Origin: Nemertoderma westbladi
Taxonomy: Eukaryota; Animalia; Xenacoelomorpha
Assembly (NCBI GenBank): GCA_032718475.1
Contig: JAUCBJ010002021.1
Location: forward strand, 1-64,000
DNA length: 64,000 nt
Reading direction: 5' to 3'
Position numbers and translations under genes: made by a program. Below, piece after piece: positions 1 through 13,532 of this stretch. The notes under the pieces were generated by a model. The model saw only the letters and a program-made list of their open reading frames with translations, ran no database searches and had not been told where the DNA came from. How positions within the stretch are numbered: the stretch's first letter is position 1; every line of letters begins with the position of its first letter.

Positions 1-40
1 CACAGCACATGTTAAAGTAAGTAACATCAAGCCCAAATGT

Positions 41-1777
41 GTGCTGTGCGACGGGCCCCACCGTTTAAATGCGTGTGATAAATTCCTGAGGAAATCACTA
101 AAGGATAGACGTGAAGTCATGTGGGATAAGCGGTTGTGTTATAATTGCCTCAGACGAGGACACCAACGGCGAACCTGTAACTCCGACGCAAGGTGTGCAA
201 AGTGCGGCGCAAAACATCATATCTTGTTGCACACGGAATTCGAACGAAACAGCCCGAGTCAGGTAAGTGAGTCCGAACTACATGTCCAATTCAGTGATGT
301 GAACGACACTGATCAATCTGAGATGGAAGGATTCTATATGGACGAGTTCTCCGACCAAAACGAATCCTGTTACCTAATAAACACCACCACAGTGTATCGA
401 GCACTCGTGTATGAGAAAGACACAGACAGCGACCTTACCTTAACTACTTCCGATCAACAACCATCTTGGAAAGCGCCAACTTCCAATATAGGAATCCGAG
501 AATTTCCTGTAGTCCAGTTACGGGTCCACGGACCTCAGAAGAGCTATATAGTGAACGCCCTCCTGGACTCCGGTAGCACAGGAACATTCATCGATAAAGA
601 ACTAGCCGAAGTCATCTTTGCTGGACAACCCAAGTTCCGAACCAAGCTAAACATGTCAGGGATCATGCAGGTTTGGAATTCTACTGTAGCTGCCGACTAT
701 TATATAGGTGAGTTGTCCACCCCCCAGGACGAATTAGGAGAACATAGCATCAGGTCAGTGAAAATGGTGGCTATAAAGAACTTCGCTACTACTCAAGCAG
801 ACCTTTATAATTGGGACGAGGATGAGAGCATCCAACATCTTAACATACCTCGATTCCAGACTGATTATCCTGGAGTGCAAATACTCATCGGCCAAAACGC
901 GCTTGAGGCGCTGGAGACATTAGAGAAACGGCCTGCTCAACCGCAGCCACTACAGACCTATGCGGTAAGAACTAGAGTAGGTTGGTACCTTACTGGACCT
1001 TCCCGTAGAACGCTCAGGGAAAGACTGCTTCAAGATCGCGTCTGCCAGGTGAGTGAATGGGAAGATAATACTAGTGAGGGAGACGACCCAACTGAGGGAA
1101 CACCACACTCCTCAGATAATGACAATCTTAGCTCCAATGTAGATCAATGGAGATATTGCCCCAAGAAGTTTAATCCAACGGACATCGCTTCCAGAGGAGC
1201 AACTCCTCAAGAACTGACAGATACTATAGACCGGTTAGGTGAACCCGACTTCCTGAGTAAGGAGAATGAATGGCCTCCCCATCTTACTCCGACTGAGATT
1301 AGACCAGCCAAGGGAGCGGAGAAAGTCGAACCTGAAACCCGGACGGGTGGATCGGAGTTATTTGAACCCGGGATAGATCTGTCGGTATTACATGTTGCCA
1401 GGGACGACGCCGTGGATCTGGGCCTCCCCTCTGCGAGTGGATCCTTCATGAAGATCAGAGAGAACGATTGGAGCTCTGGAACATCAGACGTCTCGCAGGG
1501 ACTCTCACCTCTCCTGCAGAGAGCGACGGACCACTATAGCTCCTGGAATCGGCTTTGTGACACCGTCATATACTTTGAGCGATGTTTCTATCGTCACTAT
1601 TCCAGGACGAAGAGGAAACCTGGAATTGTATTCAGGATGCAGCGACTCAATCACCCAGTCGGTCGTTTGTGTTTATCGGAAGGGAATGGAGGACTCTCCG
1701 GAAACTGTGGAAGGCAAGATTCTCTTCCCACGACCACCTCCCTAATCCTTCAAACATCTAGGGACTCCATAACGTAA
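41..1777 (+). pseudogene. gag C-terminus + aspartic protease fused across deletions to post-RNase H and integrase C-terminal remnants
   Basis: 578-aa ORF aligns in three blocks to 26600-27690, 29460-29930 and 31330-31467 of copy C. Confidence 0.88.
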
Positions 1778-3428
1778 CAACATATGGAGTGGGTGTGTGA
1801 CTCTATTATTTTATATTATTATTATTATTTTTATATTTATGTATGTATTACTATGTAATTTTATTATAATCGTTTTATTTAATTTAGTAGAATATTATTT
1901 AGCGATTATTTTGTAGAATAGTGCAATATATTCGTGTTTATTACGTACGTCATTACTTATATTATATTTAGTGCGACGGCGAAGAGATAATTATTTTTTC
2001 TCTTTCCTTACTGTCCGTATTATACTATAAATACGTAACTACAGTAAGATGAAATGTCTGTACTTATTAAAGTACAATAAAGCCACTACTATATTTAGTA
2101 TTATTGGTAGGCAGAGTATTAGGAATGCAAAGTTCAGATCCTCGTGTCTCGGCTAAACCAAGCTCTGGGTAGACCTTGGAAACGACTTGCCTCTTCACAC
2201 TGACATTGCTTCGTGCGATATTGCTCTCATACCGTATATTAAATAATACATATAGTAGCGTGATGTCCCTTTAACAGTAGCGTATAACGCAAAATAAATC
2301 TGTTAAACCCTTTGACCATCTGTAATTCTAGTCGATTAAGATATCGCGGCACCCACCGATATACTTGAAAGACAAATTCTAGAATCAGTGGTTAACGTCC
2401 CCAGACAAGTTCTGGAATAAATCGGTGCCCATCTCAAATATTAATTAATTAATATTTGCAAAATCTAATAAATCAAAAGCTGTAAAATTCAGATCCTTCA
2501 ATAATTCTAGTCAATTAAGATATCGTAGTATTTACCGATATTCTTAAAAAGACAATTTTCTTAGAATTAAGGATCTTGTGCCCCTAGACATGTTCTAGAA
2601 TCAAAATATGTCCATTTAATTATCAAATAATAAAATTTCAGGGAATAAATTTAAATTCATGCCTTTTAATGAATTTAATAAATTGCCATTTTACGCAATT
2701 TATAAAGTTCCCAAAATTCCATTAATTAATAGATCAAGGGAGCGGAGATTTATCTTATCATGCGTATGAGAGTGTGAAAGTCTCCCAAACATAGTTAATA
2801 GCCGATAAAATTCTTAAAGTCATGTATAAACAGGACATTGACTATTAAAGAATTCCTATTAAATAACATCCCAGATCTGTATGCATTGGAATTACTCTAA
2901 TTCTACCGCTAGCTTTGTATAATGTCACCATAGCAACAACCATGCTAGAATTAGAATTGAGTTAAACGAACAATAGAAAGCTTGTCCCATTGAATAACAT
3001 AAGGAACAAATAGCACACTGCTAGTATCCAAGGATACATAATAATACAGTGACATTCTGGAAGGCATTGACTAACGGACAAGTGACCCGAGTGTGTGTAA
3101 TTTGTGACAAGTTGTGTGTGTGGTACTTGTGAGCTTATAGGCGAATGTTACTACTAAGGTGTGTTTACAGTAGCTAGTCGCAATCGTAAAAGTAACCTAA
3201 CTCTCCAAGGAAACCTGAAGTACATCTAAGCCTTTGGGACGGACAGTTGAGTGACTTGTGCCGGTTGTCGTTGTCGTTGTGCGGCTACGTCGTTGGCGAA
3301 AGTACAGCGGCGACGACACATCGGCGCTGAGGATCTCGTACTGTCCGGGGGTTGATTGGGTAGGCAGCGACGCCCGCTCGCCTAAATATAAACTCATTAT
3401 AATATGGATAAACTCATATATAGCAGAT

Positions 3429-4699
3429 ATGACGAAGTTGATGGAAGATGGTCTTGGTATCGGGGAGCGATATACTCTACTTTTACAAGCATTTGTTGAT
3501 AGCTTAATACGCGGCGACGTTAGTCCAACTACATCCAACTATATCGAACCGCCAATGTCCCAAGAGTAGCTCGCGCGATTTGGGCTATAGAAAATTTGCT
3601 GCTCGATATACGCGGCGTAATGGTACGTATATGGGCTTCTTAACTACTGGTCATCCTATCGATTTACACAATACGGACTATGTCGACTATATATCCTGCC
3701 CAGCGGAGTCGGAACCATAAACTGAAATTCGAATGCGAAAATTCTATTCGAAATCGACTCAAAAGAAAAGACACTAAAGAAACAAATGGACGCGGTAACT
3801 CCAACGTATATTTGGAATTCTTGATAGAAGCATTGTAACAACAAATAAATGTCACCCGCGTTTACCCTACCAGACGTGCGTCTTTGGTATTATTACGATA
3901 AATGCCCTAGACCCAACTAATAAACGGAAAGACATAAACATCCACGTAAACCGAAACTTGTTGACGTATCACCTATGCTCACTCGGCTCGAACGATCCTG
4001 GAGTAAACCTACGATCAGAGTCCCGGAATACTCGGTCAAGCCTCCTCATTCCTTAGTTGGACCTCAGACCTGCGATCCTGGTGGTGTCGCGGACCCTCGC
4101 GGACTGTATTCACTGTTCAAAGATCTAGTGCTACCCTAACAATTAATCGGTAACACTCCGACAGTGATTTCTAGCTAGCCGCCCATCTTACCTAGCCGGA
4201 TTGTGACGCGGACACCTAATATCACTATCCAACCGTATGGTCGTCCACGTTTAACGCGATACAACCCCTCATCAAGGTGAAGGAGAGCGTTGTACGAAAC
4301 GAGTTAAACGCTATTTTATAAAGATCAAAAAGGAAACCTGCGTTTGTTCAGATAAACGTAAGTTATAACAGTGAGTCCAATCGATAAACGAATTGGCCTT
4401 ATCTCAATTCGATTGGGAAATCCAGAATCTCTAAGAAGTTATCGAACTTGGACGATCCTATTCTCTGCGAGAGTTTTTGGATGAACGTATCCAGCTACGA
4501 GCGGAGGAAAATCTCTCGAGGAGAAGCATATCGAAACGGCAGATACCTCGACCACAATCCTACACCTTCTGATGCAATCATATTGCACCCTTCACCCAGG
4601 AGTTATGGCCCTCCTAGTAAAGTGGCTCCCCCCAAAGAGAAAAAGACTCTTGCTAGCCTCAAAAAACTGCGTAAACGCCGTCTGCGTAAGAAAGACTAA
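3429..4699 (+). pseudogene. Decayed remnant of accessory ORF3 (N-terminal part + basic C-terminus; exonuclease deleted)
   Basis: MTKLMEDGLGIGERYTL... matches the ORF3 start at 33134, and PSDAIILHPSPRSY...KKLRKRRLRKKD matches the ORF3 end at 37386. Several stops and frameshifts. Confidence 0.85.
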
Positions 4700-4777
4700 C
4701 TGTTTAGAGTATCTTTATGTTTTAGAAACTGTGATTTTTATATTTTATAGACTGAAAATCCCATTTTCTGGGAGCGG

Positions 4778-6007
4778 TGTAAAAGCCTTTGCTGAATTGC
4801 CCCGTTATTTTTATTATCTTTTACATTAAAATACTCTGTAGTTGATTTAATAAGTGTAAGAGACCGTATTATTGCTGTATCGGTGTTTTTAGAGGATCTA
4901 AGACCTATTTCCTCCGTATGTGTACTGTGAAAGGCATATTTTATGATTCTATGGCAATTCGTGACGCAAAGGGGTGATAGCTACTCTTGAACAGTAGTTA
5001 CTATGACTACGGTTAACAGCTGACATTCATACGTGTTGATTTCCTTTGTTCTACGGCGTCTCTCAGTTCAGTCAGCCAATTAGAGCGTTTTTGTGGCTCC
5101 TTGTACAGAAAATTTCCGAGAAATGACGCAATGCCTATGTATGTGCAGTGTTTACATTCAGTCTTGAGCCAAAGAAAGAACGGCTTGGAAGTATTTTGTG
5201 CTGTACTGCTTTTTAGTCTTACACTAGTAGGTTTAATTATAAAGGGCATATATCCTTTAACTTGAATATCTCTGTAAATATCTCAATGCTGACATACCGG
5301 TACTGATGTACCGATATACCTAACTGTTCAGTTGTTGTTTATACTGCTATTTACTGTCAGTTCTTCATAATATGGTTGATGAATTATTATATTTGGAATA
5401 ACGATAAATAACCCCGCAACCCAATATTCTTGATATACCGAAGGTAAGAGAGAAAGGTTACCAATAACGATTGTGACTTATGTTAAAGTGGTTTGAAGTG
5501 AATCTAATGTTATTTGATAGACCCTACATGAGTCAGCCTGTGTTCCTTTTATATGTGACTAAAATCAGTGAAGATTGGCAGATTAGTGTGCAGTATTGTG
5601 CAGCATTGTGTATGAGTGAGTCTGTTAAAGAAGCAATTCCTAAAGAATGCGCCATATATGTGAATTATAATTAAGCCATATCGTTGTGAGTAGTTTAAGT
5701 CATAACTCTGTTTATATAGATAAAGCGCCACGTCCTAAAGGAACTGTTAATATTACCGAAGGTGAATAATATTGTCAGAGATTATATAATACTGTCAGTC
5801 GAATAATACATTAGGCTTACATAGCAATAAAAATTAAACCGTCGAACCCAATCTCCCGGGAATATCCAGCGGGTGAATGGTCGCGCACGGATTGGTTTCG
5901 ACTAGTGTAGTGAATCAAATACTTGTCATAGACTAAAAGCAGATTTAATATCTAGAAGACATCTTGATTTGGTGGGTTAAACTGCCAAAGGTCTGAAAGC
6001 GCGAACA
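4778..6007 (+). repeat. 3' LTR of copy A
   Basis: Starts TGTAAAAGCCTTTG after the same CTGGGAGCGG tract as in copy C and ends GCGCGAACA. Diverged homologue of the other LTRs. Confidence 0.92.
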
Positions 6008-8650
6008 ATACGTGAGCGAAAGACTGAATCAAAGGCCTTGAAGAAGTCAACAAAGATAACAGCCAGATGCCTGTCTTTCTTTTTTGATAACTCTTCAATT
6101 ACCCTTCTAAGTGCCAAAATGGGTTCCATGGTCCGACGACCTTTACGGAACCCATTCTGATTTCCACGGAGCCGTCTCTCAATGGGATCCCTGATGCGAT
6201 TTAATAGAATTCTATTGTATAGCTTTGCAGCAATCGAGATCAATGAGATTCCCCGAAAAGAACCATAGAGTGTTAGGTTGCCCTTCTTGGGAACTGGCAC
6301 CAACTTATTTGTTTTCATTTCTTGTGGGACTCTTGTTGTTCGGTACATGTCTACTATGATGGGATAGATAAGCTTTAAACACTCAGGTATTTTAAAGACC
6401 TCAGGGGGAACACCATCTACTCCACTGGCACGATTGGTCTTAAAGCTCTTTGCAGCAGCCTTCACTTCTGCAAAGGAGATATCAACAATGGGAATATCTG
6501 GGAGTACAGACTCAGACACTTTTACTTCTATAAAGTTATCAGGCAATACCCTGTCATTATTGAGGTGCTTTTCAAAGTTGGCCTTCCAACCATTGAGGCG
6601 ATCCGCTGGAGATTCAGCTTTAACCTTGGTGGTTGGTTGGCTTTTTCGACCAGCAAGCAAGTTGATCGATCTCCATGCCTGGGATGATTGCCTGCTGTCG
6701 TCAGCATCATTGATGGCATCAACCTCTTGGTTTATTAGCTCCGGTAAATTAACAGAGTACTGCCTGTTCAGGGACCTAGATGCAGCCTTAACTGCATTGT
6801 TGGCCGCTGTAGTCTGTTTGAGTCGGGACTCTTTCTGCGCCTTGTAGAGGTAATTTCGGCACTTCTGAATTTTGTTGTCAGTCCAGGGGGCCCGTTTCCT
6901 GTTTCGAGGGTATACAGGAACTGTTTCTGCAGCTGCTAACTTAAGTGCCTCTGTGAAGGCAGTATAGCCCTCACAGTGATCTGCCGCCTCAGAGGCAAGA
7001 AACTCATATCTGTTCCTAAGCTGTAGTGTGAAGCTGGCTCTCACACTTGGCTGTTGCAACAGAGAGGACCAGTCATGCCGCGGCAAGGCAGATTTCATTG
7101 TTCTGCTAGCACGCAGACTAAGTCTTACCTTGGCCACAATAAGGCGGTGATCACTGGAGAAGGGTCGTAGTGTAAATGCATTACAGTCTTGTATAGAGCT
7201 CCTGTATTTCTTACGAAACAGGATATGGTCTATCTGGGACTTGTGACCACTGGGTCCACTATGAGTCCATAGCTTTCCAGTTCGCTTCTTGAACTGGGTT
7301 CCAGCCGAAAACAATCCAATTCCAGAGATAAAATCCTGAAGATGGACGGAATTTCGGTTAACACTATTGCTATAGACCCAGGGCGATGTAGGTGATTGAT
7401 GCAGACTTGCATTAAAGTCTCCCAGGAATGTTAAAAATGCATGCTGATCCACTCCATCAGTAGCTGCTTGTAGATTCTGGTAGAAATTTTCCACCTCCTC
7501 TATAGGGGCAACACAAGTTGGAGAGTAGCACACAATCAGAACCACCTTAGGAAACTTCTTAGCCAGTCTTCCAGAACATGAGAAGTGGCAACGGATGATG
7601 CGGTTAGAGATTTGGTCTATTTTGTCCAATGCTGCATGTGCAGTGTTCATTGAATAGTTCATCCATCAATAGAACAATTCCACCATTGCCACTATCATCT
7701 GCTGAAGCGAGGGCGAGTCGCCAACCGCCCCCCATGTCCTTAATCAGAACCTCATCAGTCTGTCCAGTCTGCATTCGGTGCTTTTGAACACCGACTGCAC
7801 TAAGAGAAAGCTTATCTGCCAAGGCAGTCAGCTCACCTTGTCGCATTGGGGACCCGAGTGTTAGGGTGTTTACTGAGGCTAGTCTAGTGACTTGCCTCAG
7901 ATTCACCAATGGCTTTGTTGGTCGGGGTGGAACATGAGAGTAGCCTCCAACTCCAGAATCCCTCTCCCCCTCACAGTCTGGCCTCCCTGGTGACCCAGGG
8001 TTTGGGCCAGAAAGGTCATCAGGAAAGGGACTCAAAGAATTGTTTGCCGCTCTCTCTCCAGTAGGGGGTGAGACAGGCAGCCGGTCAGGAGTTAACTGAC
8101 GCCTGTGAGGCCGATTGTGTCCAGTCATTCCACTGGCCTCTAGTGGCTGGACTTCCGCATTACTAATGTAATCCATAGTGGGGGTTGGTGGGTGCTTTTT
8201 TGCCGAGTCAGCTCTCGGGGCAAATACCACACCCTGGTTTGCCATTCCACAGGATGGGTGTCGCAGTGGAGTCAGATATGAGGTCTATCACCCATATCTA
8301 CTCTGGCGCACCTGACCCACCATTGGCTGTGCAGCTCATCTGCTGGGTCATGCCCTGTACCCATGCTGCCAGGTGCAGGTCGCAGTGAAGTGCACTCAGA
8401 GTGGACATGAGAACACTATACTCCTGACCAGCCATTGGTAGATCACCATCTGCCTGGCCAGGCCATATACCCCTGCAGACAAGTATATGGGTCCTTAATC
8501 CAGGACCAAGGGCGTTCATATCCCAGAACGAAGGGTGTCCTAGTTACAGGACCAGATTTGCCCTAGTAAGAGGGTCTATGCAGCTACAGGTGGCACCTCC
8601 TTTATGCTGCATGGATGTGGCAAGTTTTCCAGATCAATGACCTAGAAGAC
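6008..8650 (-). mobile_element. RTE-like LINE, 5' part (5' UTR, APE endonuclease, RT N-terminus), cut by the copy A LTR
   Basis: ORFs 7604-8245 and 5977-7662 (frameshifted): LGDFNA, SQIDHIL, SSDHRLI (APE); LVPVPKKGNL, RGISL, QNGFRKGR, FVDFFKAFDSV (RT). The last residues of the ORF track read into the LTR. Confidence 0.9.
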
Positions 8651-9430
8651 CTGACCTGATGATGGTGACACAAATCCACTCGAAGTATCACGGTGACACA
8701 CTAGCGCCATTCTTATTCGTAATTGAAGTTGATTATGTTCTACGCATGTCCTTAGACCATCTTAATAAAGATGGGGTGATGGTAACACCACTGGCTCAAG
8801 AAGTAGGGGAAGTCCAGCAAAGTACCTTACTGATCTAGACTTTGCTGTTGACTTAAGGGGTACTGTCATACTCACTAGAGGAAGCCCAAAGGCTCTTCTG
8901 CTCATTGGAGCAGGTTGCATCTAGTGTTGGTCTTTTTGAGAATTCCAAGAAGACCGAAATCTTGACAGACAACCTAGACAGCATTCCAGAAATGTCTCAT
9001 CGTAAGGGCTTAAGCTCTAAGGACGGCTTGCTTGAGCACGTGGATGACTTCTGCTACTTGGGATCGTGGATCAGACAGTAAGGTGAAGGAAGACCTTCGG
9101 ATACGTAAGGGGCAGGCATGGGCAGCGTTAAATAGTCTGTCCAGGATTCGGATTCATTGTGTCAAGTACAATGAACACATCTACAATCAGACTCTATACA
9201 ACATTGGAGGTGTTCCATTAGTATCCCCTAGCTTGACACTTGAACCGAACCGCCTCTGCTTTGCAGGACATTGTTTTCGCCGTGAGGATCAGCCAGTGCA
9301 TAATATTGGGATTTGGCGGCCTCATGGAGCGAATAAGCATACTGGACAGCCCATGACTTTCTTGAGACGCTTCTTAAAAGACACTGACATTGGAGATGTG
9401 GATGAACTAGCAATTGTCATGGGGTCATGA
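8651..9430 (+). mobile_element. RTE-like LINE, 3' part of RT (decayed), opposite orientation to the 5' part
   Basis: Translates to PDDGDT...GDTLAPFLFVIEVDYVLR, TDLDFAVDL, VGLFENSKKTE, HVDDFCYLGSWI, DLRIRKGQAWAAL, RLCFAGHCFR. Confidence 0.85.
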
Positions 9431-11079
9431 TGTGGCGGCGCAATTTTGTCGACAAGCTGGCACAGCATTCTTAATATATATGTAATATATATAATGCAGC
9501 TGCAATGCAGCATGCCGATCGTAGAAATAATTGGTAACAACAAAAAAACGAACCGAAAGCGAAATTATTTAGAACATTTCCATTTCCCGAGACATTCACG
9601 GATAGCTGAGTCACTTCAAGCAACATAAAGTAAAGAGTACAGTTTGAGTTAGATTACTTCAGCAATATAAATAATTTATTGGTTACTTTACAGTAAACTC
9701 ATAGTAAAAAGTGGCCGTTTGTGGTGTGACACTGCTAATTTGAGGTAAATCTACGTGAGTCACTTTGTAAAGATCCCCTTTACCGCTAAACTTAATATCT
9801 CCACTAAAAAGGACCGTGTATACTGTATACTCCAGTGGATATTTTGCCAATCGTCTTTCACTATTTCACCTACCAGCCAATCAGGTATTCATTCATATTG
9901 TATTGGCATGGTAGACTACTTACAGTAGACTGACTGATCACTGGAATGGCTACCAATGCCAATCTGGACAGAGAATGATAATCAGTATGAATAGGATACT
10001 AGATAGGGAATGGGATAATATAGCCTACTATGAAGTCAATGACTAAACAATATAAAAAATATGTTCTTGTTATATAGATTACAATGCACAGAGTGGCCTT
10101 TTATATTAATTATGTTTGAACACACTATTTTTTACAAATTGGCGCAAAAAATATAAATATTTATATAGTAATGATCAACAAAATTATTACCGGTAACTAA
10201 CTGGCAGTTCCGTTCCATATATATTCTATAGTTACTACACTAACTGAGCTACGTAGCCCAGCATAGTAACTTATTGTAGATAGATGACCATTCACATGCA
10301 CAGTACTCTAACTATTCGTAACGTAGCCCACACTACAATGTGCTGCGGTTAGATTAAATAAAAGTAATAATAATAATAGTAATTAGATCCTCTACATGAG
10401 AATACGACTTAACTATTGTTTGGGAAGAAAATAAGTGCCGGATATACCCTGATGGCCTTTATCATTCGTCAAATATCACTGTGAGTGAGTAGATATCGTC
10501 GAGTCTACGTAGTTCGAAATCCCTCCACGATTCTTGTACATGTCCTAAACTGATAATATCTACCTTCTCGGTTCAATCAAGCCCGCTCTGGGATCGACGA
10601 GGTATCCTGATGTCGGTAAATCCAGTCGATGGTTTGTTATAGATATCGTTTTAGTTTACTGTAAAGTACAGAATTAAGTATCTATATCCTTTATTGTTTT
10701 CTGGTTAGAATAGCTTCAACTTGTATAAATTATTATTTTGTAGATATAATTAAATAATTATATATATAATTTTCATTGCTGATTCTCTTAAGTGGAATTC
10801 GCTTCATGTTAAACTGAAAATTGGTATTACTAAATTCGCAATGCATAGAAAGTAATCAGATTCAGTTACTACTGTGTTTCCTAATGTCAATAACTAATAA
10901 TTCATTATTTCTACAAGTATTCGACTCGGTTGGAGCACGAATTAGTTCAATTTTAGCACAAATTTTTAGTGTGTGTTACTTTTAGTACTCAATCAGGATT
11001 GAGCACTGAGGCAGCAATTGATGGTATTTGCAGATGGGAGGCCATGAGGACGTAAATTACGGACATCAAAGATATTTAG

Positions 11080-12033
11080 TTCAATTCAATTCAATTTTTA
11101 ATTTGCAATATTCTATACACAACAATTAACATTTATAAATCACAGCAATACAGTTAAATAGTAGATATTGCCAGTACAGCAGAAAGATAGCAACGCTAGT
11201 GAAACATCTGCTGGTGCTAGGTGACAATATAGAATATAAAAATACACAAAAACATACCTACAGAAGTTATTTACACCGGACAGCAGTGCAGTCAGCGCAG
11301 ATGTTTACCCAGTAACCGTGGTAATGATCACCCACGGCACCCCACCAAACTCAGACAATCGAAGCAAATCAAACTGTGTCATATTTAGATGACGAACCCA
11401 ACTCCCAATCTCTAACCAAACATCATTTACGCATCGCGGATACGTAAAGGAGAAAATGAATTCAGCATTAATACGAGAAAATTAAGTTACACCAATGAAT
11501 ATTAAATAATAATTAATCAAATCAGAGAATTAGATATTGTTTAATTTTACTTATAAAAATTTTGCGCGGCCTAATTGAAGTGAGAGATTGCGGAAGATTA
11601 TTCTAAAGTACGGCTCCCTGATTGACTATAGAGCGTTGACCAATCACAAGATTGACACATTTAATGAAAAATTTGTTATTCTGTGCAGAGCGGGTTAAAT
11701 ATCTATGAACATTCCGGGTCAGCGTAAATCTACTAGCGAGTCTTGAGGAATCGTTACCATAAAATATGCTGTGTATGAATGGCGCTAGTTGGATATTTTT
11801 TTAAGAACATAATTTATGTGATTTTTCCAAGATAATTGAAAAATCAACAATCACACTTAAATACTTTATATTGTTAATTTCACTAAGAACACTAGTACCA
11901 ATTTTAATTGTTTGTGGTGACCCATTCAGCGGTTCGAAAATAAGATGCATTCAGTTTTATTAATATTTACAGATAGCCGATTTATTAAAAGCCAGCTATT
12001 TATCTTTTGAAGCTCGCTGTTTAAGCTCGCAAT
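11080..12033 (-). mobile_element. CR1/L2-like LINE, 3' part of ORF2 and 3' tail (decayed)
   Basis: Minus strand gives IASLNSELQKINSWLLINRLSVNINKT, KYLSVIVD and GQRSIVNQGAVL*NNLPQ. (ATTGA)n-type tail at ~11080-11095. Confidence 0.78.
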
Positions 12034-12648
12034 ACGGTGAATATATATAGGTAAATATATATATATGTTGGTAAATAATTAATATCGTGAAATTAAACAA
12101 CCAGATAACCTTGAATCTTTCAATAAACTTCCAATGTCTTAATCCCTAATCTTTAGCAAATATTAAAAAAAAAAAAAAATAATAATAATGATCCTATACC
12201 AGTACATACGTACCGACGTTACAATTATACATACAGACATTCAGGGAAGTTATGTAAAACAATCCTCATTTAACATGTATCGGTACCTATACTATAACAT
12301 AGTTGTGACATTACAATACTGCAATACATTAATAAATTGTTCTATAGGCATAATGTAAAATTAAGCTTAGGCCTAAAACAAAAATAAAACTTAAAGTTAC
12401 ACAGAAGCTACATTAAAACAGATTCCTGAACTGAACGTTATTCGTATCGAACAAGAGATTATATAATATACCACAGAGTCAATATCAGGGCCAGATTAGC
12501 GTCGATATTATCTACATAGGCCTAATAAAGATTTTACACCGAAGTTATGTAAAGCACAATTAGTCGACTGACGATTACCATGTACTGCTATAGTAATTGA
12601 GAATGTCATAAGGAAGCATAAGATAATGCAGTGCAAGAGTTTATTCGT

Positions 12649-13532
12649 TTATCCGGTACTTACAGAAACATCCAGTGTATCCACTATCGATGTTCCGGAA
12701 GATGACTGCGATAACGGAGCGTACCGGTTATTTATTCCGCGCGTGGTGTTACTGGATTCCGTGGGCGTTACCGGTATGGCGTTACCAACAGAACGGCCCG
12801 GGGTGACCGAGCCTTCTGTTAGCACCCCCCTCCTCCTATTGCTTCTCATAACCTGAAACCCCGATGGAATAGACGATTTCAGCTTGGTTAAGTCATCCTC
12901 GGTAGCAATCCGGATTGGCTTCAGGTCTTCGCCCACCTTCACTAGAATCTGACCGTTGATTGTAAAGTAAGAATGGATTAGGTTATCAGCTCTTAACCTG
13001 GCCCCCGATCTAAGCATCGACGCGCGATGTGGGGTGAGATGTTCCGATATAGAGATTGGAGATTTTAGGGATTTCTTAGCTTTGAGTGCTGCGAGGCGCG
13101 GCGCATGTCCTAGAAAACGCACAATGAGAGGTCGGGCCGGTTTATCAGGAGCCCCAGGAAACCGCGAGGGGCCTAGGCGATGAAAAACATCGACTTTATC
13201 CTGGTGGATACCGATGATTTTAAGTATACTTAGTAATTTTTCATACTCGATTTCCGACGACCGGGATTCAGCGAGACCGTGTATCAAAATGTTATGACGC
13301 CGTGAATATTGCTCCAGGTCATCGTTTCGTGCTGTAAGTACTGAAGTACTGAATTTGCAGATAGCAGATCTGCATTCTGATCTTGAAGTACAGCAATGTG
13401 CGATTTCAAAGATGAGATGCAGTCTGTATCCGTTTTTACGGCTTTAATGTCATCCTTAACACCTCGGAGTTCCCCCTTAATTTCATTCAGGGCTTGAAGG
13501 ATATCGTCACCAACATCCTTCCAAGCAGGCAT
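12649..13532 (-). pseudogene. LINE ORF1-type protein (coiled coil + RRM + CTD, Transposase_22-like), frameshifted
   Basis: ILQALNEIKGELRGVK coiled coil, then LEQYSRRHNILIHGL, FHRLG...RPLIVRF, ISISEHLT, YFTINGQILVK. These motifs are typical of CR1/L2/Crack ORF1. Confidence 0.8.

Larger units (their letters stand above)
1..6007 (+). mobile_element. BEL/Pao LTR retrotransposon, copy A (5' end outside window; internally deleted)
   Basis: BEL-type Gag Zn knuckles (CDGPHRLNAC, CYNCLRRGHQRRTC, CAKCGAKHHILLH) and protease ALLDSGSTGTFI. Colinear with copy C (26560-38634) but lacks RT/RNase H (junction ~1125), most of integrase (junction ~1610) and most of ORF3. Ends in an LTR. Confidence 0.93.
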
